Source: a virus
Virus record (IMG/VR): IMGVR_UViG_3300010885_020782
Span: 63,376 to 127,375 of that record
DNA: 64,000 bases
Reading direction: 5' to 3' (one strand)
Part shown: piece by piece, positions 1 to 10,070 of the stretch
Position numbering within the stretch: the stretch's first letter is position 1
How the letters are laid out: each line of letters begins with the position of its first letter
Notes under the pieces: generated by a model
Databases searched by the model: none
What the model saw: the letters and a program-made list of their open reading frames with translations, nothing else
Told to the model about the DNA's origin: nothing
Position numbers and translations under genes: made by a program

Positions 1-3000
1 GTTTAGAAGACTTCTTTCCTAAATCTTCAGGAACTTCTGCTGAAGAATATGCATCTGCTGAACGACTAATGAACTCGCGTCCACTTGATTCTGCTTCTGA
101 GCGAGAGGTGTGAACTGTCTTTTGGACATCAATAACATCTCCATCTGAATCTATAAGAGCAGAGTCTGATGTGTATTCAGGCTTATCTTTATCTGGAGAT
201 GATGGAGTAATTTGAATGTCTCCAGTAAATCCACCAGGCAAATCTGAGATTTCAACACGCTGAGGAGCACTGTCAGCGTTGGCTGGAACTGTTCCACGAG
301 ATACAGGAGTATCTTCTTGCTTAGTGGCTTCTTCGCCTTGCTCCTTGGCTTTCTGTGCCTCTGTAGAACGAACATGGTCTTGAATAAGAGCCTTACCTTC
401 AGCCTCAGCGCCTTCACGAGTGCGATATGAGTCTTCTACCTGATATGCAACATCCCCGTTGTCATCAAAGAATGTAGCAACCATCTTGTATCTACCATCT
501 TCTGATGGCTCAACCTTAACAGTTGCACTTCCTGTAGAAACTGGAACGTATTGATTAGATGACTCACCGTCAGTGGCACTGTCATTAATTGGAGAATCTG
601 TCGTATCTTCTGGAAGAAGCAAGTCATCTGGATTCTTAGGACGACGAACGCCATCCATCTTTGTTGGAGCCCAGTATTCAACCATGTGAATCTCGCCGTT
701 TTCAAGGTCAGCGCGATATGCACGAACTCGTCCTGCTTGGAATCCAAAGTCTTCACCAGCGCGAACTGCAACAACTTGATACATACGGTCTCCGCTAGCA
801 GATGCCATAAAGTCACCTGGTAGAAGGTCTTTCATACGAATATCTTCACGAGGAAGTAGTGTTGTATTTGCATCATCTACTGCCCACTCACGAGGCATCA
901 ACTTCATCTTGCCCTGTGGATATGTTCCAGCACCCTCAAAGTCAATAACTGCTGGCTCTGTAGATGTCTCACTCTTTTCAGATTCTTGCTGACCATCTGG
1001 GTTTGGCTTTGCAGCACCCTTTGCATCATCAATAACTTTATCTAAATCAACTTTCTTTCCAGCAAGTGCATCTTGGAATGCTTTAGCAGCAGCAAAGTCA
1101 GCCATCTTTTGTTCGTAGTCAGCCATAGCAGTCTGGAACTCTGTTTGAGCATTTTCCCAATCGGCTTGACGAGCATCTACATCAAATGTATCTGCGCCAG
1201 TCTTTTCCTTACTTGCTTGGTCAGCAAGTTTAGTAAAGAGTTGTGCAGTTGCTTCAGAATCATAATCAGCAGAGTGCGCTCTTTCTAAATCAATTCCAAA
1301 GTGTGCAGCAAGACTTGTAAGTTTATTGTCTTTTTCACCGTTGTATACATAAGTAGGTGCAGATGCATCATCTTTAAGAACATCTCGCGCAATAGGCAGT
1401 GTATCTAAAAGACCAGCAGGTGAGTATGGTGTGCCATGCTTATCTGCCATACGACGAGCAACTTCATCATCAAAGACCATGTTGTGTGCAGCAAGAAGAG
1501 GATTCTCTCCAGCCCAAGCAGCGAACTGCTCGTGTGCACTCTTCTGGTCAGGCTGAGAGGCTAAGAACTCGTCTGTAAGTTTTTCTCCATCGCCATTAAC
1601 AGCGTTTGGCTTACCAGCAGTATCTCTTGAAGCATAGGTTCCTTCAATAGAACGACCTGGATTCATAAATACATTAAATCGGTCAACAATTTTTCCATTA
1701 ACAACTTTTACAGCGCCTAGTTGCCATGGCTCATTGCCATCAGCAGCATCTACGCCAGTTGTTTCATAATCAAAGAAAATAATTTCTCGGTCTTTAATAA
1801 GTTCACGGAACTTATCCCAATCGCCACCTGCTTCACGAGCAATAGCAGCAAACTCGCCTTGGAACGCTGGCATTGTTGGTGAGCGAGGAGACTTTGGCTT
1901 CTTTACAACTGTTGCTTTAGTTGCAGTAGCGTCGGCTGTATCAGAGTCAGTTGCGGATGGCTCAATAGTTGGAAGTTCTTTTGGAACTTCCCACTTAGAT
2001 GCAACATCAGCAATTTCTTTTTCATACTCTGCACGCTTAGCAGGGTCTTTATCTGGAACCCAGTTTCCCTTAGCGTTTGTCTTAGATGGTTGATGAATTT
2101 CTGGAAGTTCACCCTTTGCAGGTGCTTCAACATTTCTAATTACATCAATGTCAGTTCCGACTTTCCATTCCTTACGCTGTGAAACGTGTCCTGGATAGTA
2201 ACCTTCAACGCTAACAAATCCTGGCTTTGTTGTCTCGTCTGTAAAGGTGCGCTCAATAACAAAGTGACCCTTTTCTGGCTTAGCAGAAACATCACCTGGT
2301 TGTAGGTCAGCAGCCTTAACACGAACTTGATGTGGAGCCTTTGTATTGTCTTTATTTGTTGGGTCTTCAAAACGAGCAATCGCTTCTGCTTTTCTTGCGT
2401 TGTATTCTTCCCACGCTGCATCAAGTCTTGCTTGGTCTTCTGGCTTAGACATAGCCCATTTGCCATCTTTGTTTTTATATGGCTTACCAAAGTCTTTTGC
2501 AAATGGCTTGCTAAGTTCTGGCAAGTCTCCCTTTTCAGGAGCCTGTGCACCACGAATAACAGTCATTTCTGTAGAAGCGTTCCACTTCTTTGTATTTTGT
2601 GTAACGTGTCCTGGATAGTAACCAGCAATCTCTAACTTGCTTGGGTCTCCTGGGAAAGGTCCACCAACAGATTCAATTACAAAGTGGTCATCAGCAGTAA
2701 TATCACCAGGCTGTAAATCAGAAACCTTAGACACAATGCGATAAGGACCAGTTACGTTATCTGGCTCTAAGTTTGGAGACTTAGGGGATGCCTCAATACC
2801 ATCTGGGATTTCTTGTTCAGATGAGACTTCAAAGTCAGAATCTAAGAAACCATCAAGTTGCTTTTGTAAACGAGCCATATCTTCATCATCAAGATATTGC
2901 TGCTCTTCCTGGGTCTTTGGAGTAGAGCCTTGCTGAGCCATCATGTCCTCAACAAGTTTGATGCCTTCTGCATTACTTACACCAATATCTGTAACTCTAT

Positions 3001-5986
3001 CAAAAAACTCACGCTCTTCTGGAGTCATAATGCTTCTAGGGAAAGATTGACCATTAATGCTTGTACCCTTACGAAGAGCACTTAGAAGAGAGTCTAAAAA
3101 TCCTTCACTAATATTTGGATTCTTAGGTGGAGTAGGGGTCTCTACAGCAATAGGTGCAGAAGGTGCAGCAGGTGCAGTTTGAAGTGTTGCAATCTCATCT
3201 GCAATTGTCTTCGAGATGGATTCAACAACTGCACGCTCTTCATCAGATACGTCATTTCTCATATCAGGATTTTCTAGTGCATGAAGAATATCTTTAAGAG
3301 TCTCTAATTTATCTACAGGTGCATTCATCTTAGAAGATGATGACTCATAGTGATTAGGGTTGTAGAAGAGGTTCTTAGCAACGCTTATTGCGTCACCTGG
3401 GCTTGGAGCATATCGGTAGCCGTCATACTCACGGCGATATAGCGCTTCATCGGCATCATAAAAATCTCCAGGAATATTTTCATCTCCAGATTGAGTGCTT
3501 GACTGCATATCTGTGTAGAAGTCTCCGCTATCTGCCCATGCAAAAAAGCGAGCAAATGCTTCAGGATTTTTACGAACTAGTTCTTCAAACTCTGGAACTA
3601 CAGTTCCATCTTTGATTACTTGGTCAATGTCATAAATACCTTCGTATGCTGGGTCAAGAGGGTCGGCAGGTCCTCGTGGAGGCTCTTTCTCAGCGGGCTT
3701 CTTTGTATAACTCTCACGCTGCCACTTACGATGAGCAGCAATAATTTTTTTGTTCTCTTCAATTTCTTGTTCTGGTGTGACAATCTTTGCAATTGGCTGT
3801 TCTTGACCGACAACTTCTTGCTTCTGTCCTTCAAAGCCTTCATCTGCAATTTTCTTAGTAAGAGCGTTTGTATCTACGCCTTGTAGTTGCAATGCATCAC
3901 GAACTGCTTCGCCTGGAACATCTGCAACAAACTCTTCACCAGAGTCTGTCTTAAGTGAAATCTTTGCAGTTCCTGGAATGTCATTACCTGGCTCAAGAGC
4001 GCGAGTAAATTCTTTTTCTAGTTCTGGTGTAGGAATGTTCTGTGCAATAAATACAGGGTTGTCACTAAAACCTTCTGGAAGGTTAGGGTCTGGATTTTCT
4101 GCTGTTACTTTCTTCCACGCAGCGTATGGTTCTGGGCTAAGGGATGCGTAGCCAATAGGCATTTCAACTTGTTCATTCTTTGGAAGGTAAGGAGTGTGGT
4201 CCTCTGATTCCATAAAGCGAGCAAGTTCGCTCTCTGACAAACCTTCTAGAAGTACAGGAAGTGGAGCAGCATCAAACTTTTCTGCATCAAATGCAGGTTC
4301 TTCTGTTGCTGGCTCAATGTCTGGGCCAAGTTCTTTTGTCTCACGGATAAATGCTTTATCAAGTTCAGGAGTTGGCTCCGAGATAGTTTCTTGCTTGCGT
4401 GAGGCAATAAGATTATCTTCGTTTTCAGATGTTCCAAGTTGCTTGTCGTAAATGCGGGCAACTTCTAACTCTGGGTCTCCGCCCATTTCTTGAAGTGCAA
4501 GGTAAAGATTTTCAACAGGAACTAATTGTTCTCCATCATAAGTATCAATGTTTCCGTAGCCAGTAGCGTTCTGACCTTCCTTCTTAGGAAGAAGTCCTTC
4601 TTCCATAGCGGCAATAAGGTCGCGCTCATCTGCATTCTGTGCAATTACTGTTGGGTCTTCGTATGACTCTTCAATGTCTGCATCAGGGTCTTTAGAAATC
4701 TTGTAAGCGCCTTCAGGGTAGTTGAAAGCAAACTTTTTAGGGAACGCATCTCTAGCAGGGCCTTTTGCTTTTCCATCTTTATCTAACTCTACTACTTGAA
4801 TATTTTCATCAGGGTTAGGAAGTTTTACACGACGCTCATCTTCTTCTCGTTCTTTTTTTCTTTTGGCGTCTGTTTTTTTAGAACTTTCCTCAAGTTCTTC
4901 ATCCCAAGCATTAATTCCATCAAATGCATCTTCCCAATCGCTAAAATTACCAATCTCTTGCGATGAGCCACTCATAAACTCAAATTCAACATTTAAAGAG
5001 CCGTCTTCGGCTTTTCTAACAACAATCCCAGCATTCTTTTCATCAATGCCTTGCCACTTATTTTCACCAACTTTTTTGAAACCAGCAGGTGAATCAACAA
5101 ACTTTAAATCTGCTTCATTGATAATTACATCATTGTCTTCTGAAGAAACTTTTGCAGGAACTGGCGAGAAACCGTCCTTTGTAGGATTGATAATTGCAGA
5201 GATAAACTCACCCTTAGATGCAGGGATATTTGCAATACGACCATCTGGAAGTTCTACTTGAACATCATCACCATCAGGACCATCTGCAATAGGACGACCT
5301 GTAAGGCTACGAACTTGTCCATCTTTAGCCATACGAATAAGAGCACGCATACCGCCACCCATAAAAGCAAACTGACCGAAGCGGTCACGACGCTGTAAGC
5401 GAGCACGAAGAGAACGTTCTGCTGAAGAGTTTCCATCAGCAGTAAGAGATACAAGAATGTCTTGTGGAACTGAGCCCTGTGGAAGAGATGCAAGAACTGC
5501 TGAGTAATAAGAGTGTTCTACAGAACCAGGAGTTGCTGTATATGCAGAGGCAACAATTGACTTTACTTTTTCGTTAGTGATGCGTGAATCATCGGCATAC
5601 CAGTTTGCTCGTGCTGAAATAAGAGCAGATGCTGTAAGTGTGTTCATCTTTGTTGAGCGTGGGTGCGCTACAGGGAGAAGGTCAGTATGGCTTGGCTTAA
5701 TCGCAGCGACTTTATTGTTTTGAAGAAGTGTCACATATTGTGAAAGGTCCTTCATTGCGATGTGCTCGCGGATTGAGAATGGTAAATCTTTTGTTGCAAC
5801 AAGTGAGCGGTGGACAACTGCAAACGCAGCACCACGAGTTAGGCGACGAGATGTAGATGCTTCAGCATTAGTTGAGTCAATAAACTCAATAACCTTCTCA
5901 CGCAAATAGGCAGCCTGTTTGAAGGTGCTGGCCTGTGCTCCATTAGGAGAGATGGCATAACCAAAGCGACGCACTACTCTACTCAT
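1..5986 (-). CDS. Giant multidomain (polyvalent-type) protein, >=1995 aa, open at left edge; contains DEDDh 3'-5' exonuclease domain and internal repeats
   Basis: ATG at 5986 overlaps the upstream stop (TAATG). Manual translation is open to base 2 (MSRVVRRFGY...EDLGKKSSK). Motifs IIFFDYETTG, AHNMVFD, DTLPIAR and AHSADYDSEAT. Missing from the ORF track because it has no stop in the window. Confidence 0.85.
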   Translation of the reverse strand, partial: MSRVVRRFGYAISPNGAQASTFKQAAYLREKVIEFIDSTNAEASTSRRLTRGAAFAVVHRSLVATKDLPFSIREHIAMKDLSQYVTLLQNNKVAAIKPSHTDLLPVAHPRSTKMNTLTASALISARANWYADDSRITNEKVKSIVASAYTATPGSVEHSYYSAVLASLPQGSVPQDILVSLTADGNSSAERSLRARLQRRDRFGQFAFMGGGMRALIRMAKDGQVRSLTGRPIADGPDGDDVQVELPDGRIANIPASKGEFISAIINPTKDGFSPVPAKVSSEDNDVIINEADLKFVDSPAGFKKVGENKWQGIDEKNAGIVVRKAEDGSLNVEFEFMSGSSQEIGNFSDWEDAFDGINAWDEELEESSKKTDAKRKKEREEDERRVKLPNPDENIQVVELDKDGKAKGPARDAFPKKFAFNYPEGAYKISKDPDADIEESYEDPTVIAQNADERDLIAAMEEGLLPKKEGQNATGYGNIDTYDGEQLVPVENLYLALQEMGGDPELEVARIYDKQLGTSENEDNLIASRKQETISEPTPELDKAFIRETKELGPDIEPATEEPAFDAEKFDAAPLPVLLEGLSESELARFMESEDHTPYLPKNEQVEMPIGYASLSPEPYAAWKKVTAENPDPNLPEGFSDNPVFIAQNIPTPELEKEFTRALEPGNDIPGTAKISLKTDSGEEFVADVPGEAVRDALQLQGVDTNALTKKIADEGFEGQKQEVVGQEQPIAKIVTPEQEIEENKKIIAAHRKWQRESYTKKPAEKEPPRGPADPLDPAYEGIYDIDQVIKDGTVVPEFEELVRKNPEAFARFFAWADSGDFYTDMQSSTQSGDENIPGDFYDADEALYRREYDGYRYAPSPGDAISVAKNLFYNPNHYESSSSKMNAPVDKLETLKDILHALENPDMRNDVSDEERAVVESISKTIADEIATLQTAPAAPSAPIAVETPTPPKNPNISEGFLDSLLSALRKGTSINGQSFPRSIMTPEEREFFDRVTDIGVSNAEGIKLVEDMMAQQGSTPKTQEEQQYLDDEDMARLQKQLDGFLDSDFEVSSEQEIPDGIEASPKSPNLEPDNVTGPYRIVSKVSDLQPGDITADDHFVIESVGGPFPGDPSKLEIAGYYPGHVTQNTKKWNASTEMTVIRGAQAPEKGDLPELSKPFAKDFGKPYKNKDGKWAMSKPEDQARLDAAWEEYNARKAEAIARFEDPTNKDNTKAPHQVRVKAADLQPGDVSAKPEKGHFVIERTFTDETTKPGFVSVEGYYPGHVSQRKEWKVGTDIDVIRNVEAPAKGELPEIHQPSKTNAKGNWVPDKDPAKRAEYEKEIADVASKWEVPKELPTIEPSATDSDTADATATKATVVKKPKSPRSPTMPAFQGEFAAIAREAGGDWDKFRELIKDREIIFFDYETTGVDAADGNEPWQLGAVKVVNGKIVDRFNVFMNPGRSIEGTYASRDTAGKPNAVNGDGEKLTDEFLASQPDQKSAHEQFAAWAGENPLLAAHNMVFDDEVARRMADKHGTPYSPAGLLDTLPIARDVLKDDASAPTYVYNGEKDNKLTSLAAHFGIDLERAHSADYDSEATAQLFTKLADQASKEKTGADTFDVDARQADWENAQTEFQTAMADYEQKMADFAAAKAFQDALAGKKVDLDKVIDDAKGAAKPNPDGQQESEKSETSTEPAVIDFEGAGTYPQGKMKLMPREWAVDDANTTLLPREDIRMKDLLPGDFMASASGDRMYQVVAVRAGEDFGFQAGRVRAYRADLENGEIHMVEYWAPTKMDGVRRPKNPDDLLLPEDTTDSPINDSATDGESSNQYVPVSTGSATVKVEPSEDGRYKMVATFFDDNGDVAYQVEDSYRTREGAEAEGKALIQDHVRSTEAQKAKEQGEEATKQEDTPVSRGTVPANADSAPQRVEISDLPGGFTGDIQITPSSPDKDKPEYTSDSALIDSDGDVIDVQKTVHTSRSEAESSGREFISRSADAYSSAEVPEDLGKKSSK
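1230..1800 (-). other. DnaQ/DEDDh exonuclease domain within the giant protein
   Basis: ExoI DYE, ExoII HN..FD and ExoIII H.A..D motifs in canonical order; boundaries approximate. Confidence 0.8.
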
Positions 5987-6807
5987 TATTCGCCGTCCTC
6001 CTCAAGGATTGGAAGTAAATTTCCATCAAGACTGTCTTGTCCAAAAGATGCAAGCATCCCTGCTCGCATAAATGGGTCATCTCCATTACGCACTGCACGA
6101 AGCCAAGATGCGCGAATGGCGCTCTCTGCTTCATACCCATAACCAGAAAACTCAGCCATAGCAATGATTGCTTCTTCTGGATATTGATAATCTTCTCTTG
6201 TTCCTAGTGTAACTAACAATTCTTCTTCGTAATCTGAATCCAAAGCAGAAGCCTTTACACCTCGTGAACTCTTTGGATGGGCTGCTGGAAGCAAATCATT
6301 ATCTGTCTTGTATGCAGAGTTTGATGGCTTGCCAGACTTTAATAGTTTAAGAAATGCATTGACGCGGCCCATAGCCCACTGATTACGGTTCATACCTGGG
6401 CGATGCGATACAGAAAATGCTCCTGCACCACGGCGATATACAGCCTTAAGCATTCCAAGTGTTGCTTTGCGGCCTTCAGGTGCTTTTGCATTGTGAGTCT
6501 TAACTTTTTCTGCCAAAGATGCTTCTGTTGCTTTACTAAATACAACTTTCTTAGAACCAGATGCAGAGCCCTTTTCATTTTTATCTGAGCCCTTAATCTG
6601 GTCTTTCTTTGGTGCAGATGTTTGAGAAATAGTTTTTTTACTAGCAAACTCTGAATTATCTGAAGCATCAACAGGAACGCAGTTAGGAACCATTTTTCCA
6701 TCTTTTTCTTTCATTCCAACTTGCTTATAGCCGTCCCAGCAAGGACCGTTGTTAGAGGCAGCAGTAATTACTGCGTTATCTATATCATCAATCCATTTTT
6801 GTGCCAT
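5986..6807 (-). CDS. Head-region hypothetical protein (273 aa)
   Basis: ORF track; GPCWDGYKQVG..VPNCVP and KAVYRRGAGAF..HRPG..QWAM.RVNAFL motifs of a type seen in aquatic phage head-gene regions; translationally coupled. Confidence 0.8.
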   Translation of the reverse strand: MAQKWIDDIDNAVITAASNNGPCWDGYKQVGMKEKDGKMVPNCVPVDASDNSEFASKKTISQTSAPKKDQIKGSDKNEKGSASGSKKVVFSKATEASLAEKVKTHNAKAPEGRKATLGMLKAVYRRGAGAFSVSHRPGMNRNQWAMGRVNAFLKLLKSGKPSNSAYKTDNDLLPAAHPKSSRGVKASALDSDYEEELLVTLGTREDYQYPEEAIIAMAEFSGYGYEAESAIRASWLRAVRNGDDPFMRAGMLASFGQDSLDGNLLPILEEDGE

Positions 6808-6808
6808 T

Positions 6809-7282
6809 TTAGAATCCTTGTCCTACTGAATCTTCTGCTGTGAGGTATGCATTTAACTGCCAGCGCCACTTTTGGTGCATATCAATACGCTCTGCAAGTA
6901 GGTTTGCAATTCCTTGTTCGTTAGAATCATTTGCAGCAGCAAAAGCGTTATTTAAAGAAGTAAGCATTGTGTCGTTAGCATCGTAAAGGTCTTTGCACAT
7001 TGCCATAGCGTTCTGGCCAACCTCTGTATCCTGAATATCAGACATACGAGCAAACTCAACAAGACGATATGGAGCAACAGCGCCCATCTTACGAATACTT
7101 TCTGCAATTGGGTCTAGAGAGCCATAAACATCTTCGTAGATTGATGCAAAGAAGTCATGGAACTGTGAGAAGTCATTACCAACAACATTCCAGTGATGCC
7201 CGTGAGCCTTGAAATACATTACAACGGCATTGCTAAGTGAATTAGCAAGACTATTTACTACTTCTGGCTTCTCTACGTTCAT
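6809..7282 (-). CDS. dps: Dps / DNA-binding ferritin-like protein
   Basis: KAHGHHWNVVG..F..FHDFF..IYE...D.IAE.IR ferroxidase signature, 157 aa. Confidence 0.9.
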   Translation of the reverse strand: MNVEKPEVVNSLANSLSNAVVMYFKAHGHHWNVVGNDFSQFHDFFASIYEDVYGSLDPIAESIRKMGAVAPYRLVEFARMSDIQDTEVGQNAMAMCKDLYDANDTMLTSLNNAFAAANDSNEQGIANLLAERIDMHQKWRWQLNAYLTAEDSVGQGF

Positions 7283-7284
7283 TG

Positions 7285-9033
7285 TTATTCTCCTTCTGGT
7301 GCTGGTGCTTGTTCACCAGTTGCTTGGTCAAGAATTTGTTGGATATCTGTCGGGATAGGTGCAACTGATGCCGCCTGTTGTGCTTGCTTAACAGCATCCA
7401 TAATCTCTGGAGCAAGTGCTTGAAGCATTGCCTCAGTAAGTTCAGGTGTAATTGCTCCACGCTCAGACAAAAGACGAAGCGCCATTTCATTTGAAGTAGG
7501 TGCATCTGCTGCTGAGAAACCGTGAGCACGACGCCATGCATCAAGTGAGATTGCATTACGGTCTAGACCACTATCTGCATCTGCTGCACGGTCATTGCGT
7601 GTTGCAACTGCTGATGGGTCATACCAAATAACAATCTTCTCAACATCGGTGACGCTATATCCCTGTGCAATAAGGTATGGGCGAAGATAAACAACTGTAA
7701 GAGCATCGCAGATGAGCAACATCATTGGCTCAATGTGTGCCTTATACAGTGCTTCATCAATCTGAAGTGCGTTTGAATACTTAACGTTTGCAAGTCCTGT
7801 TACAACATCCTTTGGAACGTCTAGTCCTTGAAGGATTCTTTCTAGAACACGGTCTGAACGCTCTGCAAGTGATGGGTCAAATGAACGCTCGAACTTAAAT
7901 TGCTTAATCTTGTCGCCAAGTTCTGCTGGACCACGAATAATAAGTGGAACAACTGCTGATGCTGACTCTTCATCACGAATTGGAGTCGTCATAGCATCAA
8001 TTAATTGCTCTTCAAACTCATCCTCTGCCTCCTCGGCAGTAAAGTTTGGATTCAATTCATTATCTGAATCGTATGGCTGGTCTGGGTCGCCCTGTGCAGC
8101 AACTGATAAACCATCTGGAAGATAAAGTGCGCCAGCATTTAGGCGAGAGCGTGCTGTTGCACGGAATGTGCGGTTAAGAAGTAAAAGTTCTGCACACATA
8201 TCAAGCAAACCGCGAAGTGATGAATCTGCTTCGTCTGAGTAGCGTGGGTGTGAGCGCCAGATGCGTCCTACAAATGCATTCTTTGAAAGACGATTTGTTG
8301 CGTTGTTCTGATTCTGTCCGCCAGAAGATTGCTCACGGCGACCAATGATATTAAATCCACCACGAGCATCTGCCATAACTTCATCAACGGAACGAATATC
8401 CCAAGACTCAGGTAATCCTGAACCTGGACGCTCTGGCATTTGAACTAAGTAACATTCACCAGCAACTGAAAGATTAAGTGCTGCATCTTTAAGAAGACCA
8501 GCCTGTCCACCATATGCAGAATCAAGACGAGCAAGTGCACGTTCTGCTGCTGCTCCCAATCTTGGGTCAATCTGTGTAGATGACTTTACTGAAACTGGAG
8601 TTTCATGTGCATTCTCAATAACGGCAGAGTAAATACGAATACGAGATACAACAGATGCAACTAAGTTAAATGCATATTTGATTTCACCAATTGCGTCGTA
8701 ATATTCCCAAGCCTCTGCTTGCCATGCTGACGATGCAGCAGTGCGACGATGCTTAAACTGTTCGAACTCGCCCTTGTCATTAATCTTTACTTGGGCTGCT
8801 GCGGCAGTAAGTGTTCGTGGTGTTGAATAGTTAGCAGCCTGTGCTGAGTTTGGCTGAGATAAAAATACTGATGCTGCACCAGTTACTTTTGGTGTCTGAC
8901 TTAAAACTACTTGACGAGAGCGACCTGTTTGTTTTGATTTATTAGTGCGCTTCTGTGGCTTTGCTTTAGGGGTGACGGGAGTAGAAACAACCTCGGCAGA
9001 TTCGCCTTGTTCATCGCGCTTGAAAACGCCCAC
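7285..9033 (-). CDS. Portal protein (actinophage type)
   Basis: 582 aa; WQAEAWEYYDAIGEIKYAFNLVASVVSRIR and ASAVVPLII resemble cluster-B-like mycobacteriophage portals; position in head block. Confidence 0.7.
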   Translation of the reverse strand: MGVFKRDEQGESAEVVSTPVTPKAKPQKRTNKSKQTGRSRQVVLSQTPKVTGAASVFLSQPNSAQAANYSTPRTLTAAAAQVKINDKGEFEQFKHRRTAASSAWQAEAWEYYDAIGEIKYAFNLVASVVSRIRIYSAVIENAHETPVSVKSSTQIDPRLGAAAERALARLDSAYGGQAGLLKDAALNLSVAGECYLVQMPERPGSGLPESWDIRSVDEVMADARGGFNIIGRREQSSGGQNQNNATNRLSKNAFVGRIWRSHPRYSDEADSSLRGLLDMCAELLLLNRTFRATARSRLNAGALYLPDGLSVAAQGDPDQPYDSDNELNPNFTAEEAEDEFEEQLIDAMTTPIRDEESASAVVPLIIRGPAELGDKIKQFKFERSFDPSLAERSDRVLERILQGLDVPKDVVTGLANVKYSNALQIDEALYKAHIEPMMLLICDALTVVYLRPYLIAQGYSVTDVEKIVIWYDPSAVATRNDRAADADSGLDRNAISLDAWRRAHGFSAADAPTSNEMALRLLSERGAITPELTEAMLQALAPEIMDAVKQAQQAASVAPIPTDIQQILDQATGEQAPAPEGE

Positions 9034-9071
9034 TTAAAACTCCTCGTCTTTGTTACGGAATACTGAGGACA

Positions 9072-9371
9072 TTATTTCTCCTCGTATGCAGTTAACAGCC
9101 CCGCAAGGGCAGACAGTGCGAACACTGTTTGGATGCCCAATGTGATGCTGGGATTAATGATACGGGATATTTCAGATAGTGATGCGACCCAAATGGACGT
9201 ACACCAAGTGCAAGTAAACCAGTATCCAAACTTTGAAGTCTCAGGTGGAAACCTCTTCCATATCCTATCTCGGATTGGGTTAAAAAGGGTGTCTGTCGTA
9301 ATAAATCTAGAGACTCTATAAACGGCTAATGCTGCTATTACAAAGGTAAGTGGCTCAGTCATTTTCGCCAT
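9072..9371 (-). CDS. DUF1360-like small membrane protein
   Basis: ALAVYRVSRFITTD..F.PIR...C.WCTSIW motif; typical neighbour of actinophage portals. Confidence 0.7.
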   Translation of the reverse strand: MAKMTEPLTFVIAALAVYRVSRFITTDTLFNPIRDRIWKRFPPETSKFGYWFTCTWCTSIWVASLSEISRIINPSITLGIQTVFALSALAGLLTAYEEK

Positions 9372-9723
9372 CCATAGCCATCAATATGTGCCCGTAAGGA
9401 TTCCATGTCCTGAGTCTAGAGCCACATCCGCAGTTATCGTCCTTACGAAAGGAAACAATCTTTCCACTCTCGGTAATTACCCTGTGAATTTTCTGGTCAT
9501 CTTTAATGTAGGAGTGGCACGCTTCACGAAAGACAAGTTTTGCTCCCTCTGGGGAATCAACAGCAACCATCAACATATCGTTGAAAACCACAACGCGGCA
9601 ACGGTCTAGACGTCGAGTTCCTTCAGGAGCAGCGCCTTTTGGAGTCAACTCCATATAATTTTCTAAGGAGCCTGGTTCGGCAAGAGCAATCACTGCTGGA
9701 AAGACATCTGCCTTAACGTTCAT
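9355..9723 (-). CDS. Hypothetical protein (CGCGSRL motif)
   Basis: ORF track; coupled to neighbours. Confidence 0.7.
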   Translation of the reverse strand: MNVKADVFPAVIALAEPGSLENYMELTPKGAAPEGTRRLDRCRVVVFNDMLMVAVDSPEGAKLVFREACHSYIKDDQKIHRVITESGKIVSFRKDDNCGCGSRLRTWNPYGHILMAMDGEND

Positions 9724-10070
9724 TATTTCTCCGTATATTCTGAAGGGATATGGAAATCTTGCCAGCCTAGAGCCTTTTTAGCAATCGTCAGCGGGACTAG
9801 CAAAGGTTTCTCCCTAGTTGCTCCATTTTCTAGAACTAGCCAGAGGTCTAAATCTGATGGGTCGTGAGCCACAGGGCAGAACATCCACGACTGAATTTTT
9901 TGAAGTGTTTCTAAAGGAAATGCAATAGGGATACTTGAATTATCTGTTGTAAGTGTTTCAAGAAGTCTAGCCTGAGAGCGTCCCTTTTTACGATTTGGAT
10001 TAATCCAAACGGCAACAACTAACTCTGATTCAGAGTATGTTCCAGATGCTGTTTTATATACCCTAGCCAT
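9723..10070 (-). CDS. Hypothetical protein
   Basis: ORF track; overlapping stop/start. Confidence 0.65.
   Translation of the reverse strand: MARVYKTASGTYSESELVVAVWINPNRKKGRSQARLLETLTTDNSSIPIAFPLETLQKIQSWMFCPVAHDPSDLDLWLVLENGATREKPLLVPLTIAKKALGWQDFHIPSEYTEK

Noticed and set aside
151-5493. Many short ORFs in the track (e.g. 151-417, 436-816, 2140-2553, 4863-5261)
   Set aside because: Alternate-frame or antisense shadows of the giant minus-strand CDS.
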